From Candidatus Saccharimonadota bacterium (GTDB lineage Bacteria > Bacteroidota > Bacteroidia > Flavobacteriales > Blattabacteriaceae), in the NCBI RefSeq assembly GCF_014252415.1, contig NZ_CP059223.1, positions 510,001 through 542,000 on the forward strand: DNA of 32,000 bases. Reading direction: 5' to 3'. Shown piece by piece: positions 19,886 to 28,405 of the stretch. The notes below the pieces were generated by a model. The model made no database searches. It was not told the DNA's origin and worked only from the letters and a program-made list of their open reading frames with translations. How positions within the stretch are numbered: position 1 is the stretch's first letter; each line of letters opens with the position of its first letter. The position numbers and the translations under genes were made by a program.

Positions 19886-20934
19886 TGATTCAGTATATAT
19901 TTCGTAATATAATTACCTACATCTTCAGTATTAGATGGATTACTTTTATTTATATCTTCTGTTGAAACTTTACATAAAATAGAATTTTTAACTGCTTGAT
20001 ATAATAAATTTTTTTCTTTATACATACCAAAATGGTTTAACATCATTCCAACTGACAAAATACATCCTATTGGATTGGCTATATTTTTACCTTTTGCTTC
20101 TGGATATGATCCATGTACAGGTTCAAACATAGATTTATGATTTTCTCCTATAGATGCAGATGGTAATAAGCCTAAAGATCCAGTTATTATACTAGATTCA
20201 TCCGATAAAATATCTCCAAACATATTATCTGTTAATATAACATCAAATTGATTAGGTCTTGTAATAATTTGAATAGTTGCATTATCAATATATAAAAAAT
20301 TTAATTTAACATTTGGATAATCTAAACTAACTTCATGTACAACTTTTCTCCATAATTTAGAAGTTTCTAATACATTTGATTTATCTACTAAAGTTAATTT
20401 TTTCTTTCTAACTAAAGAATTTTCAAACGCTATTTTTGCAATTCTTTCAATCTCTTTTTTAGAATAACTACAATAATCATATGCGTAATTTTCTGATCTA
20501 CCTTTTTTACCAAAATAAATACCTCCTGTCAATTCTCTATAGATTAAAAAATCTGATTTATTTATATATTTTTTTTTTATTGGAGAATTATCAATTCCTG
20601 AAAAACAAATGATAGGACGTATATTACAATATAAATTCATTTTTTTTCTTAACTTCAATAATCCATCTTCAGGCCTCATTCCAGTTGGATAAGAATTGTA
20701 TTTATTATCTCCTACGCACCCAAACAATACTGAATCTGATTTGATACAATCATTTATAGTTTTGTCTGTAATAGGATTATTTTCTTTATCTATAGATGCT
20801 CCTCCTACTAAAAATTTTTTATAATAAAATTTGTGACCATATTTTTTTGTAATCGCATTTAGTACCTTTAAAGCTTGTTTCATTATTTCAGGGCCAATCC
20901 CATCACCTTCTATAATAGCAATATATTTATTCAT
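19882..20934 (-). CDS. leuB: 3-isopropylmalate dehydrogenase
   Basis: The 350-aa ORF carries IAIIEGDGIGPEI, LLKLRKKMNLYCNIRP, and the signature NMFGDILSDESSIITGSLGLLPSAS. It is the last gene of the leuACDB cluster. Confidence 0.95.
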   Translation of the reverse strand: MNKYIAIIEGDGIGPEIMKQALKVLNAITKKYGHKFYYKKFLVGGASIDKENNPITDKTINDCIKSDSVLFGCVGDNKYNSYPTGMRPEDGLLKLRKKMNLYCNIRPIICFSGIDNSPIKKKYINKSDFLIYRELTGGIYFGKKGRSENYAYDYCSYSKKEIERIAKIAFENSLVRKKKLTLVDKSNVLETSKLWRKVVHEVSLDYPNVKLNFLYIDNATIQIITRPNQFDVILTDNMFGDILSDESSIITGSLGLLPSASIGENHKSMFEPVHGSYPEAKGKNIANPIGCILSVGMMLNHFGMYKEKNLLYQAVKNSILCKVSTEDINKSNPSNTEDVGNYITKYILNH

Positions 20935-20938
20935 TTTA

Positions 20939-21520
20939 TTAAAAAGATATTTTACGATTTTTTTCGAAATTAATTATATCATTTTTTATAGATAATAAGA
21001 AATCTATATCATCATAACCATTTAAAAAACAATTTTTTTTATATGGATGAATATAAAAATATTCATTTTCATTTGTTTCTATTATTGATATTATTTGGTT
21101 AAGTAAATCAACTTTTATTTTTATTTTATGATTTAATTTTATTAAATTAAATAATCTTTTTATAAAAGTTTTTGATATTTCTATGGTTAACAATCCATTA
21201 TTTAATGCATTATCTTTAAATATATCTGCAAAAGAATTAGATATAACAACTTTGAAACCATAATCTAAAATTGCCCATACTGCATGTTCTCTACTTGATC
21301 CACATCCAAAGTTGTTTCCAGATAAAAGAATACTCCCATAAAATTTATCAAGATTTAATATAAAATTTTTTTCTTTTTTACGCCAATCTATAAAAAGGTA
21401 TTTTCCATATCCTGTACGATCTACTTTTTTTAAATATCTAGATGGAATAATTTGATCTGTATCAATATTATTTATTTCAATAGGAACTATTGTACTTATT
21501 ACAGTATTAAACTTTTCCAT
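20939..21520 (-). CDS. leuD: 3-isopropylmalate dehydratase small subunit
   Basis: The 193-aa ORF carries NIDTDQIIP and GNNFGCGSSREHAVWA motifs. It overlaps the leuC 3' end by 14 nt. Confidence 0.93.
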   Translation of the reverse strand: MEKFNTVISTIVPIEINNIDTDQIIPSRYLKKVDRTGYGKYLFIDWRKKEKNFILNLDKFYGSILLSGNNFGCGSSREHAVWAILDYGFKVVISNSFADIFKDNALNNGLLTIEISKTFIKRLFNLIKLNHKIKIKVDLLNQIISIIETNENEYFYIHPYKKNCFLNGYDDIDFLLSIKNDIINFEKNRKISF

Positions 21521-22919
21521 AAAGTATTTTGTGATTTTTAATATATTTATTAATATCTACTATTTTTCCTTCTATAGCTATAATAGCTGCAGTTAAAGGA
21601 CTTACTAATAATGTACGTGAATTAGGGCCTTGTCTTCCTTCAAAGTTTCTATTAGAAGTAGAAACACAATATTTATATGGAGGTATTTTATCTTCATTCA
21701 TTCCTAAACAAGCAGAACATCCAGGTTTACGAAATTCTAATCCAGATTCATTAAATATTATATCTAATCCTTCTTTTTTTACTTCATTTATGATTTTATT
21801 TGATCCAGGAACAATCATTACAGAGATATTTTTTGCTTTTTTTTTACCTTTTACTACAGATGCAACTAATCTTAAATCTTCTATCCTTGAATTTGTACAA
21901 CTTCCTATAAAAACATAATGAATAATTTTTCCTATTAAAGATTCTCCTGGATAAAACCCCATATATTTTATAGATTTATTAAAATTTTTTGAATTATTAT
22001 TTGGAATAGAATCTTTTATTTTTATAGCCAATCCAGGATTTGTACCATATGTAATCATTGGTTCAATATTTTCAGCATTAAATATAAATTCTTTATCAAA
22101 TATTTTATTTAAATCTGTTTTTAATGATTTCCAATATCCTAATATTTTTTTATTTTTTTTTATAAATTTTATTCCTAATTTTTTTTTTATATATTCTAAA
22201 GTAATTTTATCCGGAGATATTAATCCACCTTTTGCTCCCATTTCGATACTCATATTACAAATAGTCATTCTTCCTTCCATACTCATTTTATTAAATACTG
22301 ATCCAGAATATTCTATAAAATATCCATTTCCTGAATTCACTCCTAATTTAGAAATTAGGTATAAAATAAGATCTTTTGGAGTTGATCCATTTTTTAAATT
22401 TCCATTTATACAAATTTTCATTTGTTTTGGTTTAGATAATAATAAACATTGAGTAGCCATTACCATAGTGATTTGACTAGTTCCAATACCAAACGCAATA
22501 CTACCAAAAGCTCCATGAGTAGAAGTATGGCTATCTCCACATACAATAGTCATACCAGGTAATGAATGACATAATTCGGGCCCAATTACATGAACAATTC
22601 CGTTATTTTTATGACCCAATCCATATAACTTTTTTATTCCAAATTTTTTACAGTTTATTGTTAATAAATCTAATTGTTTTCTAGATAGAGAGTCTGAAGC
22701 TATTTTCGTTTGATTTTTTGTAGGGACATTATGATCAGCTGTTGCTACAATTTTATCAGATCTAAATATAGATAAATTTCTTTTTTCTAATTCAAAAAAA
22801 GATTGAGGACTTGTTACTTCATGTATGTAATGTTTATCTATATAAATTACATCTATATCATTATCTAATTTTTTTACTATATGAGAGTCCCAAATTTTAT
22901 CAAATAAAGATTTCGGCAT
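21507..22919 (-). CDS. leuC: 3-isopropylmalate dehydratase large subunit
   Basis: The 470-aa aconitase-family protein has DHNVPT, CGDSHTSTHGAFG, and the Fe-S ligand contexts IGSCTNSRIEDL and GCSACLGMN, followed by NRNFEGRQG. Confidence 0.95.
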   Translation of the reverse strand: MPKSLFDKIWDSHIVKKLDNDIDVIYIDKHYIHEVTSPQSFFELEKRNLSIFRSDKIVATADHNVPTKNQTKIASDSLSRKQLDLLTINCKKFGIKKLYGLGHKNNGIVHVIGPELCHSLPGMTIVCGDSHTSTHGAFGSIAFGIGTSQITMVMATQCLLLSKPKQMKICINGNLKNGSTPKDLILYLISKLGVNSGNGYFIEYSGSVFNKMSMEGRMTICNMSIEMGAKGGLISPDKITLEYIKKKLGIKFIKKNKKILGYWKSLKTDLNKIFDKEFIFNAENIEPMITYGTNPGLAIKIKDSIPNNNSKNFNKSIKYMGFYPGESLIGKIIHYVFIGSCTNSRIEDLRLVASVVKGKKKAKNISVMIVPGSNKIINEVKKEGLDIIFNESGLEFRKPGCSACLGMNEDKIPPYKYCVSTSNRNFEGRQGPNSRTLLVSPLTAAIIAIEGKIVDINKYIKNHKILYGKV

Positions 22920-22957
22920 TTTTTATTATCAAATATTTTTATAAAGTTAAAATTTTA

Positions 22958-24133
22958 TTACTTAAAGATTTTATAATTCAAAGAAGCTTTTTTTATTATC
23001 ATTTTTAATTCTTCATTATTTATTTCATTTTTTTTATCAGCATATTTTATAAAAATAGAATAAATTATGTCTAAAGAATTTTTACTTAAATTAAATCCTA
23101 ATTTTTTATAACGGTAGTTTAATGCTGCTCTACCACTTTTAGAAGTCAGGATAATAGATGATTTATTAACGCCAATTTCTTTAGGATCAATAATTTCATA
23201 TGTTTCTTTTTTTTTAATTACTCCATCTTGGTGAATTCCTGAAGAATGAGTAAACGCATTCAATCCGACTATTGCCTTATGTGGTTGTACTTTTATACCT
23301 GTATAATTAGATACTAATTTACTAATAGATGATAATAATTTAGTATTAATATTAGAAAATAAATTTAGATAATGATTTTTTTTTAAAATCATAACTATTT
23401 CTTCTAATGAAGTATTTCCAGCTCTTTCTCCAATTCCATTAATAGTACATTCTACTTGTTCTGCTCCATTTATTATTCCATATAATGAATTAGCAGTTGC
23501 TAATCCTAAATCATTATGACAATGAGTAGATAATAAAACTTTGTCAATTCCCTTAACATTTTCTTTTAAAAATCGTATTTTTTTTCCATAATTTTCTGGT
23601 AAACAGTTTCCTGTAGTATCAGCAATATTTATTATTGTTGCTCCATGTTTTATTACATTTTCACAAATTCTTGCTAAAAAATTATTTTCTGTTCGTCCAG
23701 CATCTTCTGCATAAAATTCAACATCTTCTACAAATTTTTTTGCATATTTTACTGCATTAATAGCGATATCCATAATTTTATCTGGATTACTATTAAACTT
23801 ATAACGTATATGACAATTAGAGGTACCTATTCCTGTATGGATTCTAGGTTTTTTAGCATTTTTTAAAGAAATTCCTGCAATTTCTATATCTTTTTTTAAC
23901 GCTCTCGATAATACACATATTGTTGTATGAGATATAGATTGAGATATTTTTTGTACTGAATTAAAATCTTCTGGACTAGATATAGGAAATCCTGCCTCAA
24001 TTACATCTACACCTAATTCTTCTAATCTTTTTGCTATTTCTATTTTTTTTTTAGTATTTAATTGACATCTTGGAGACTGATCTCCATCTCTTAATGACGT
24101 ATCAAAAATATGAATTTTTTTTTTTCCTACCAT
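22958..24133 (-). CDS. leuA: 2-isopropylmalate synthase, short form. It has the catalytic TIM barrel and linker subdomains but no C-terminal LeuA regulatory domain.
   Basis: The 391-aa ORF carries [36 protein letters not shown] and HSSGIHQDG motifs. It ends about 60 aa after the GRAAL... linker region, where canonical ~500+ aa LeuA continues into the leucine-binding domain. Confidence 0.9.
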   Translation of the reverse strand: MVGKKKIHIFDTSLRDGDQSPRCQLNTKKKIEIAKRLEELGVDVIEAGFPISSPEDFNSVQKISQSISHTTICVLSRALKKDIEIAGISLKNAKKPRIHTGIGTSNCHIRYKFNSNPDKIMDIAINAVKYAKKFVEDVEFYAEDAGRTENNFLARICENVIKHGATIINIADTTGNCLPENYGKKIRFLKENVKGIDKVLLSTHCHNDLGLATANSLYGIINGAEQVECTINGIGERAGNTSLEEIVMILKKNHYLNLFSNINTKLLSSISKLVSNYTGIKVQPHKAIVGLNAFTHSSGIHQDGVIKKKETYEIIDPKEIGVNKSSIILTSKSGRAALNYRYKKLGFNLSKNSLDIIYSIFIKYADKKNEINNEELKMIIKKASLNYKIFK

Positions 24134-24163
24134 AACTCATATCGGAGTTTACTAAATAAGTTT

Positions 24164-24171
24164 CAAAACTA
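24164..24171 (-). promoter_or_regulatory. Candidate -7 box (TAnnTTTG on the minus strand) for the leuACDB operon
   Basis: The minus-strand sequence TAGTTTTG lies 30 nt upstream of the leuA ATG (24133). There is no good TTG at the canonical -33 spacing. Confidence 0.25.
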
Positions 24172-24283
24172 TTTTTTATAAAAATAAAATTGAAATAAAT
24201 TATTTCAATATTTACAATGTTTAATTATTGTAATTATTTATTATATATCTATTAATCAATGTTAATATTATAAATTAATTACA

Positions 24284-25840
24284 ATGTCTAATAAAAAAAA
24301 TAATTATTTAGATTACCTTTTATTATTTATTCAAACTCTTTCTAAATCTGAAAAAAGAAATTTTAAAATTTATGTAAATCGTATTAAAAAAAATAAATAT
24401 TCTAAATATTTAGAATTATTCGAAGTAATAAATCATATGAATGTTTATGATGAAAAACATATTTTAAAAAAAACTACAATAAGTAAAAAACAACTTTCTA
24501 ATGTAAAATTTAATCTATATAAACAAATATTAATAAGTTTAAAAATACAACTTACTAAAAATAATTTTGATATTCAAATACATGAGTATTTAGATTTTTC
24601 TAAAATTCTTTATAATAAAGGATTATATATACAAAGTTTAAAATTTTTAAAAAAAGCAAAAATTATTGCTAAAAATTATGAATATAATACAATTTTATTA
24701 GAGTTAATAGAATTTGAAAAAATGATAGAATCTCAACATATAACCAGAAGTAGTTATGATAGATCTATAAATTTATCTACAGATTCTAATGAACTAATAG
24801 GTAAAATTAAATATCAAAATGATTTATCTAATTTATCTTTAGAATTATATGGATTATACTTAAAAGTAGGATATGTTAAGAATGAAAAAGATAAAATATT
24901 TGTAGAAACTTATTTTAGAACTAAAATACCAAAATTTAGTATTAATAAATTACGTTTTTATGAAAAATTATTTTTATACAAAGCTCAAATATGGTATCAT
25001 TATATACAACAAGATTTTTTAATGTGTTATCATATTTCATTGAAATGGATAAAATTATTTCAATTTCATACAAAACTAAAAAAACTAACTCCAATTAATT
25101 ATTTAAAAGGATATCACTATTTGTTAGATTCTTTATATTATCTAAATTTTTATTCAAAATTTTCTATTGTACTACAACAGTTTGAAAAAGAAATAGAAAA
25201 TGGAGATATAATTATAAATGAAAATACTAAAATTTTTATTTTTATTTATAGATATACTAATCTCATTAATAAACATTATATGGAAGGTACTTTTACTGAA
25301 GGAGTCAATAAATTAATTCCATTTTTATTGAATAAATTGAGAAAAATATCTAAAAAAATAGATCCTCATTATATTATGATTTTCTATTATAAAATTGCTT
25401 GTTTATATTTTGGAAGTGGAGATAATAAAAATACTATATATTTTTTATTGAAAATTATTGAAAATAAAAAAAATAATTTAAGACAAGATTTACAATGTTT
25501 TTCTAGATTATTATATATAATTGCATTATATGAAAGTGGAATAGATGAAAATTTAGATCAAAAAATTAAATCTACTTATAAATTTTTGATGAAAATGGAT
25601 GATTGGTATTTTGTTCAAAAAGATATTATATTTTTTTTTAAAAATTTAGGAAAATTATATCCAAATCAAATAAAAAATAATTTTAGAAAATTGAAAAATA
25701 AATTAATTAAATACTATAATCATCCTTATGAAAAAAGAGTGTTTCTATATTTAGATATTATCTCATGGTTATCTGCAAAAATAGAAAATAAAACTGTTGA
25801 ATCAATTGTAAAAGATAAATTTATAAAAAATTTTAGATAA
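24284..25840 (+). CDS. Conserved-looking hypothetical protein, all-alpha and TPR-like by residue pattern; function unknown
   Basis: The 518-aa uninterrupted ORF fills a slot where nothing else is coded and starts at ATG. It has no TM segments or signal peptide. It shows repeated amphipathic helix patterns rich in Y/L/K. The N-terminus (YLDYLLLFIQTLSKSEKRNFKIYVNR...YLELFEVI) contains no catalytic motif that I recognise. Confidence 0.6.
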   Translation: MSNKKNNYLDYLLLFIQTLSKSEKRNFKIYVNRIKKNKYSKYLELFEVINHMNVYDEKHILKKTTISKKQLSNVKFNLYKQILISLKIQLTKNNFDIQIHEYLDFSKILYNKGLYIQSLKFLKKAKIIAKNYEYNTILLELIEFEKMIESQHITRSSYDRSINLSTDSNELIGKIKYQNDLSNLSLELYGLYLKVGYVKNEKDKIFVETYFRTKIPKFSINKLRFYEKLFLYKAQIWYHYIQQDFLMCYHISLKWIKLFQFHTKLKKLTPINYLKGYHYLLDSLYYLNFYSKFSIVLQQFEKEIENGDIIINENTKIFIFIYRYTNLINKHYMEGTFTEGVNKLIPFLLNKLRKISKKIDPHYIMIFYYKIACLYFGSGDNKNTIYFLLKIIENKKNNLRQDLQCFSRLLYIIALYESGIDENLDQKIKSTYKFLMKMDDWYFVQKDIIFFFKNLGKLYPNQIKNNFRKLKNKLIKYYNHPYEKRVFLYLDIISWLSAKIENKTVESIVKDKFIKNFR

Positions 25841-26216
25841 TCAATTATTTTATATAAAAAAATGTTTGAATAATTAATATTATAAAATATGATAATATAA
25901 AATCAACAAAATTATAAAAATTATCTTTTGATTTATATGATTGTATAGAATAGAAAAAAAAACAAATACTAAATGTAAGTTTTAATATTTCCGATAGAAT
26001 ATAAATAATTACAAAAATATTATTTTTTTTATATATGTTACAGAAAAAAAAAATATACTATTTAATGGAAGTAAAAAAGTATATAATTTCAATATAAAAT
26101 ATGGATATTTTTTTAAACATATTGTATTGAATGATATATGAAAAAAAGCTATTACCAAGGTTATAATATTATATAATATAATTTTTTTTATCATATTTTA
26201 ATTACAATTTTTTATT

Positions 26217-27485
26217 ATGAAAAATATTATAAATGAATTAATATGGAGAGGATTAATACAAGATAGTGTACCTAATTTAAAAAGTGTATTGCAAAAACCT
26301 ATCACTATTTATGTAGGATTTGACCCCACATCTGACTCTCTTCATATAGGAAATCTTTTAATTATTATTACATTGATTCATTTTAAAAAATTTGGATACA
26401 ATCCAATAATATTAATTGGAGGGGCTACTGGTCTTATAGGTGATCCATCTGGAAAAAACTCTGATAGAAAAATATTAGATAAAAATACATTAGAAACAAA
26501 TATAATATCAATAAAAAATCAAATATATAAACTTTTTGATTTTTTTTCAGAAAAAATAGAATTATTAAATAATTATGATTGGATGAAAGAAATATCTTTT
26601 ATAGAATTCCTTAGAAAAGTAGGTAAATATTTTTCTGTAAATTATCTTATTTCTAAAGATTCTGTTAAATGTAGGATGGAGAATGGTATCCCCTTCAATG
26701 AATTTTCTTATTCTCTGGTTCAGGGATATGATTTTTATTATTTAAATAAGATAAAAAATTGTAAACTTCAAATTGGTGGATCAGATCAATGGGGTAATAT
26801 CACATCAGGAATTGAATTTATAAGAAAAAAAACTGGTAAAAAATTATATGGATTTACTGTTCCATTAATAACTAGATACAATGGAATGAAATTTGGAAAA
26901 AGTAATAAAATAGAAGATAATATATGGTTAGATGAAAATAAAACATCTCCATATAAATTTTATCAATATCTTATAAATATATCAGATCTAGAAGTAGAAA
27001 AATATATAAAAATGTATACTCTTTTTTCTAAAGAAGAAATATATGATTTAATATTGAAACATAGAAAAAATCCAAACAAAAGATTATTACAAAAAAAATT
27101 ATCTATTGAATTAACTAAATTAGTACACGGAAATAAGAAATATGAAGAAATAATAAATGTAACATCAATATTATTTAATAAAAATAGTAAAAATTTTAAA
27201 TATTTAAAATATGAAGATTATATATCCATTTATAATAATATTCCAAACAATGTTTTAAATAAAATAGAATTTAATAATGGAATTCTTTTATCAAATCTTT
27301 TAAAAAAAATTGGATTTTTCCATTCTAAGACCGAGTCATTTCGTGCAATAAAAAATAATTCAATTTTTATTAATAAAATTTCTATAAAAAAAGATTTATT
27401 AATAGATGAAAAATATATAATAGGTGGAAAATATATATTATTACAATATGGAAAAAAAAATTTTTTTATATTAAAAATAGAATAA
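26217..27485 (+). CDS. tyrS: Tyrosyl-tRNA synthetase
   Basis: The 422-aa ORF has the class I HIGH motif (DSLHIGNLL) and the KMSKS equivalent (MKFGKS). It also has GGSDQWGNITSG and a C-terminal S4-like domain. Confidence 0.95.
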   Translation: MKNIINELIWRGLIQDSVPNLKSVLQKPITIYVGFDPTSDSLHIGNLLIIITLIHFKKFGYNPIILIGGATGLIGDPSGKNSDRKILDKNTLETNIISIKNQIYKLFDFFSEKIELLNNYDWMKEISFIEFLRKVGKYFSVNYLISKDSVKCRMENGIPFNEFSYSLVQGYDFYYLNKIKNCKLQIGGSDQWGNITSGIEFIRKKTGKKLYGFTVPLITRYNGMKFGKSNKIEDNIWLDENKTSPYKFYQYLINISDLEVEKYIKMYTLFSKEEIYDLILKHRKNPNKRLLQKKLSIELTKLVHGNKKYEEIINVTSILFNKNSKNFKYLKYEDYISIYNNIPNNVLNKIEFNNGILLSNLLKKIGFFHSKTESFRAIKNNSIFINKISIKKDLLIDEKYIIGGKYILLQYGKKNFFILKIE

Positions 27486-27501
27486 AAATTTAAAATTAAA
27501 A

Positions 27502-28398
27502 CTAATATCCAAAATTTTTTAATTTTTTATAATTATTTCTCCAATTTTTGTAAACTTTAACAAATAAGTATAATTTTATTTTTTTATCAAAAAATGAGGT
27601 AATATTTTTTTCTGAAAAATATCTCAATCTTTTAATAGATTTTTGTTCTTTTCCTATTAAAATAATTTTTTGTGAACGTCTTTCTACATATATAATTGAA
27701 GATATATAAATAATATTTTTTTTTTTTTCAAAAAATTCAGTTTTTATTTCAACAGAATATGGTATTTCTTGTTTATAATAATTAAATATTTCTTGTCTTA
27801 TTATTTCATTAACAAAAAAATAATTATTTCTATCGCTTAACAATTTTTTAGGATAAAAAGGAAGATGTTTAGGTAATAATTTGTAAATTTTATCCATAAG
27901 TAAATCTTTATTTAGATTTTTTAATGCAGAAATAGGAAGTATTTCTGATTTAGGAAAAATTTTATTCCAATGGTTAATCGTCTTATATAAAATATTTTCT
28001 CTAAATTCTAATCCTATTTTATCAATTTTATTTATTAATATAATTATTGGTATTTTTAATTTTATTTTTTTTAAATTTTTATAAAATATTATTGGTATTT
28101 TTGGAAATTTTCCTAATTCAGTAACTAATAATATAATATCTGCATCTTCAAATGATTTTTTAATATATTGCATCATTATTTTATGTAATATATTTTTTGT
28201 TTTTTCTAAAAATCCTGGAGTATCAGATAAAATAATTTGTAATTTTTTTTTATTTAAAATCCCCAATATTCTATGACGAGTAGTTTGCGGTTTATTTGTA
28301 ATAATAGATATTTTTTTATCTAAAATAGAATTAACTAAAGTAGATTTTCCTGTATTAGGAAATCCTATAATATTTACAAAACCAGATTTGTAATTCAA
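27502..28398 (-). CDS. era: GTPase Era
   Basis: The 298-aa ORF carries G1 GFPNTGKST, G3 DTPG and G4 NKID, plus a C-terminal KH domain region (EIPYSVEIKTE...). It uses a TTG start and sits 7 nt downstream of clpB. Confidence 0.93.
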   Translation of the reverse strand: MNYKSGFVNIIGFPNTGKSTLVNSILDKKISIITNKPQTTRHRILGILNKKKLQIILSDTPGFLEKTKNILHKIMMQYIKKSFEDADIILLVTELGKFPKIPIIFYKNLKKIKLKIPIIILINKIDKIGLEFRENILYKTINHWNKIFPKSEILPISALKNLNKDLLMDKIYKLLPKHLPFYPKKLLSDRNNYFFVNEIIRQEIFNYYKQEIPYSVEIKTEFFEKKKNIIYISSIIYVERRSQKIILIGKEQKSIKRLRYFSEKNITSFFDKKIKLYLFVKVYKNWRNNYKKLKNFGY

Positions 28399-28405
28399 AA
28401 TTATT

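Noticed and set aside
22811-23008. Plus-strand 65-aa ORF spanning the leuA/leuC junction
   Set aside because: It overlaps the leuC 5' end and the leuA 3' end on the opposite strand. Its low-complexity sequence gives no independent support.
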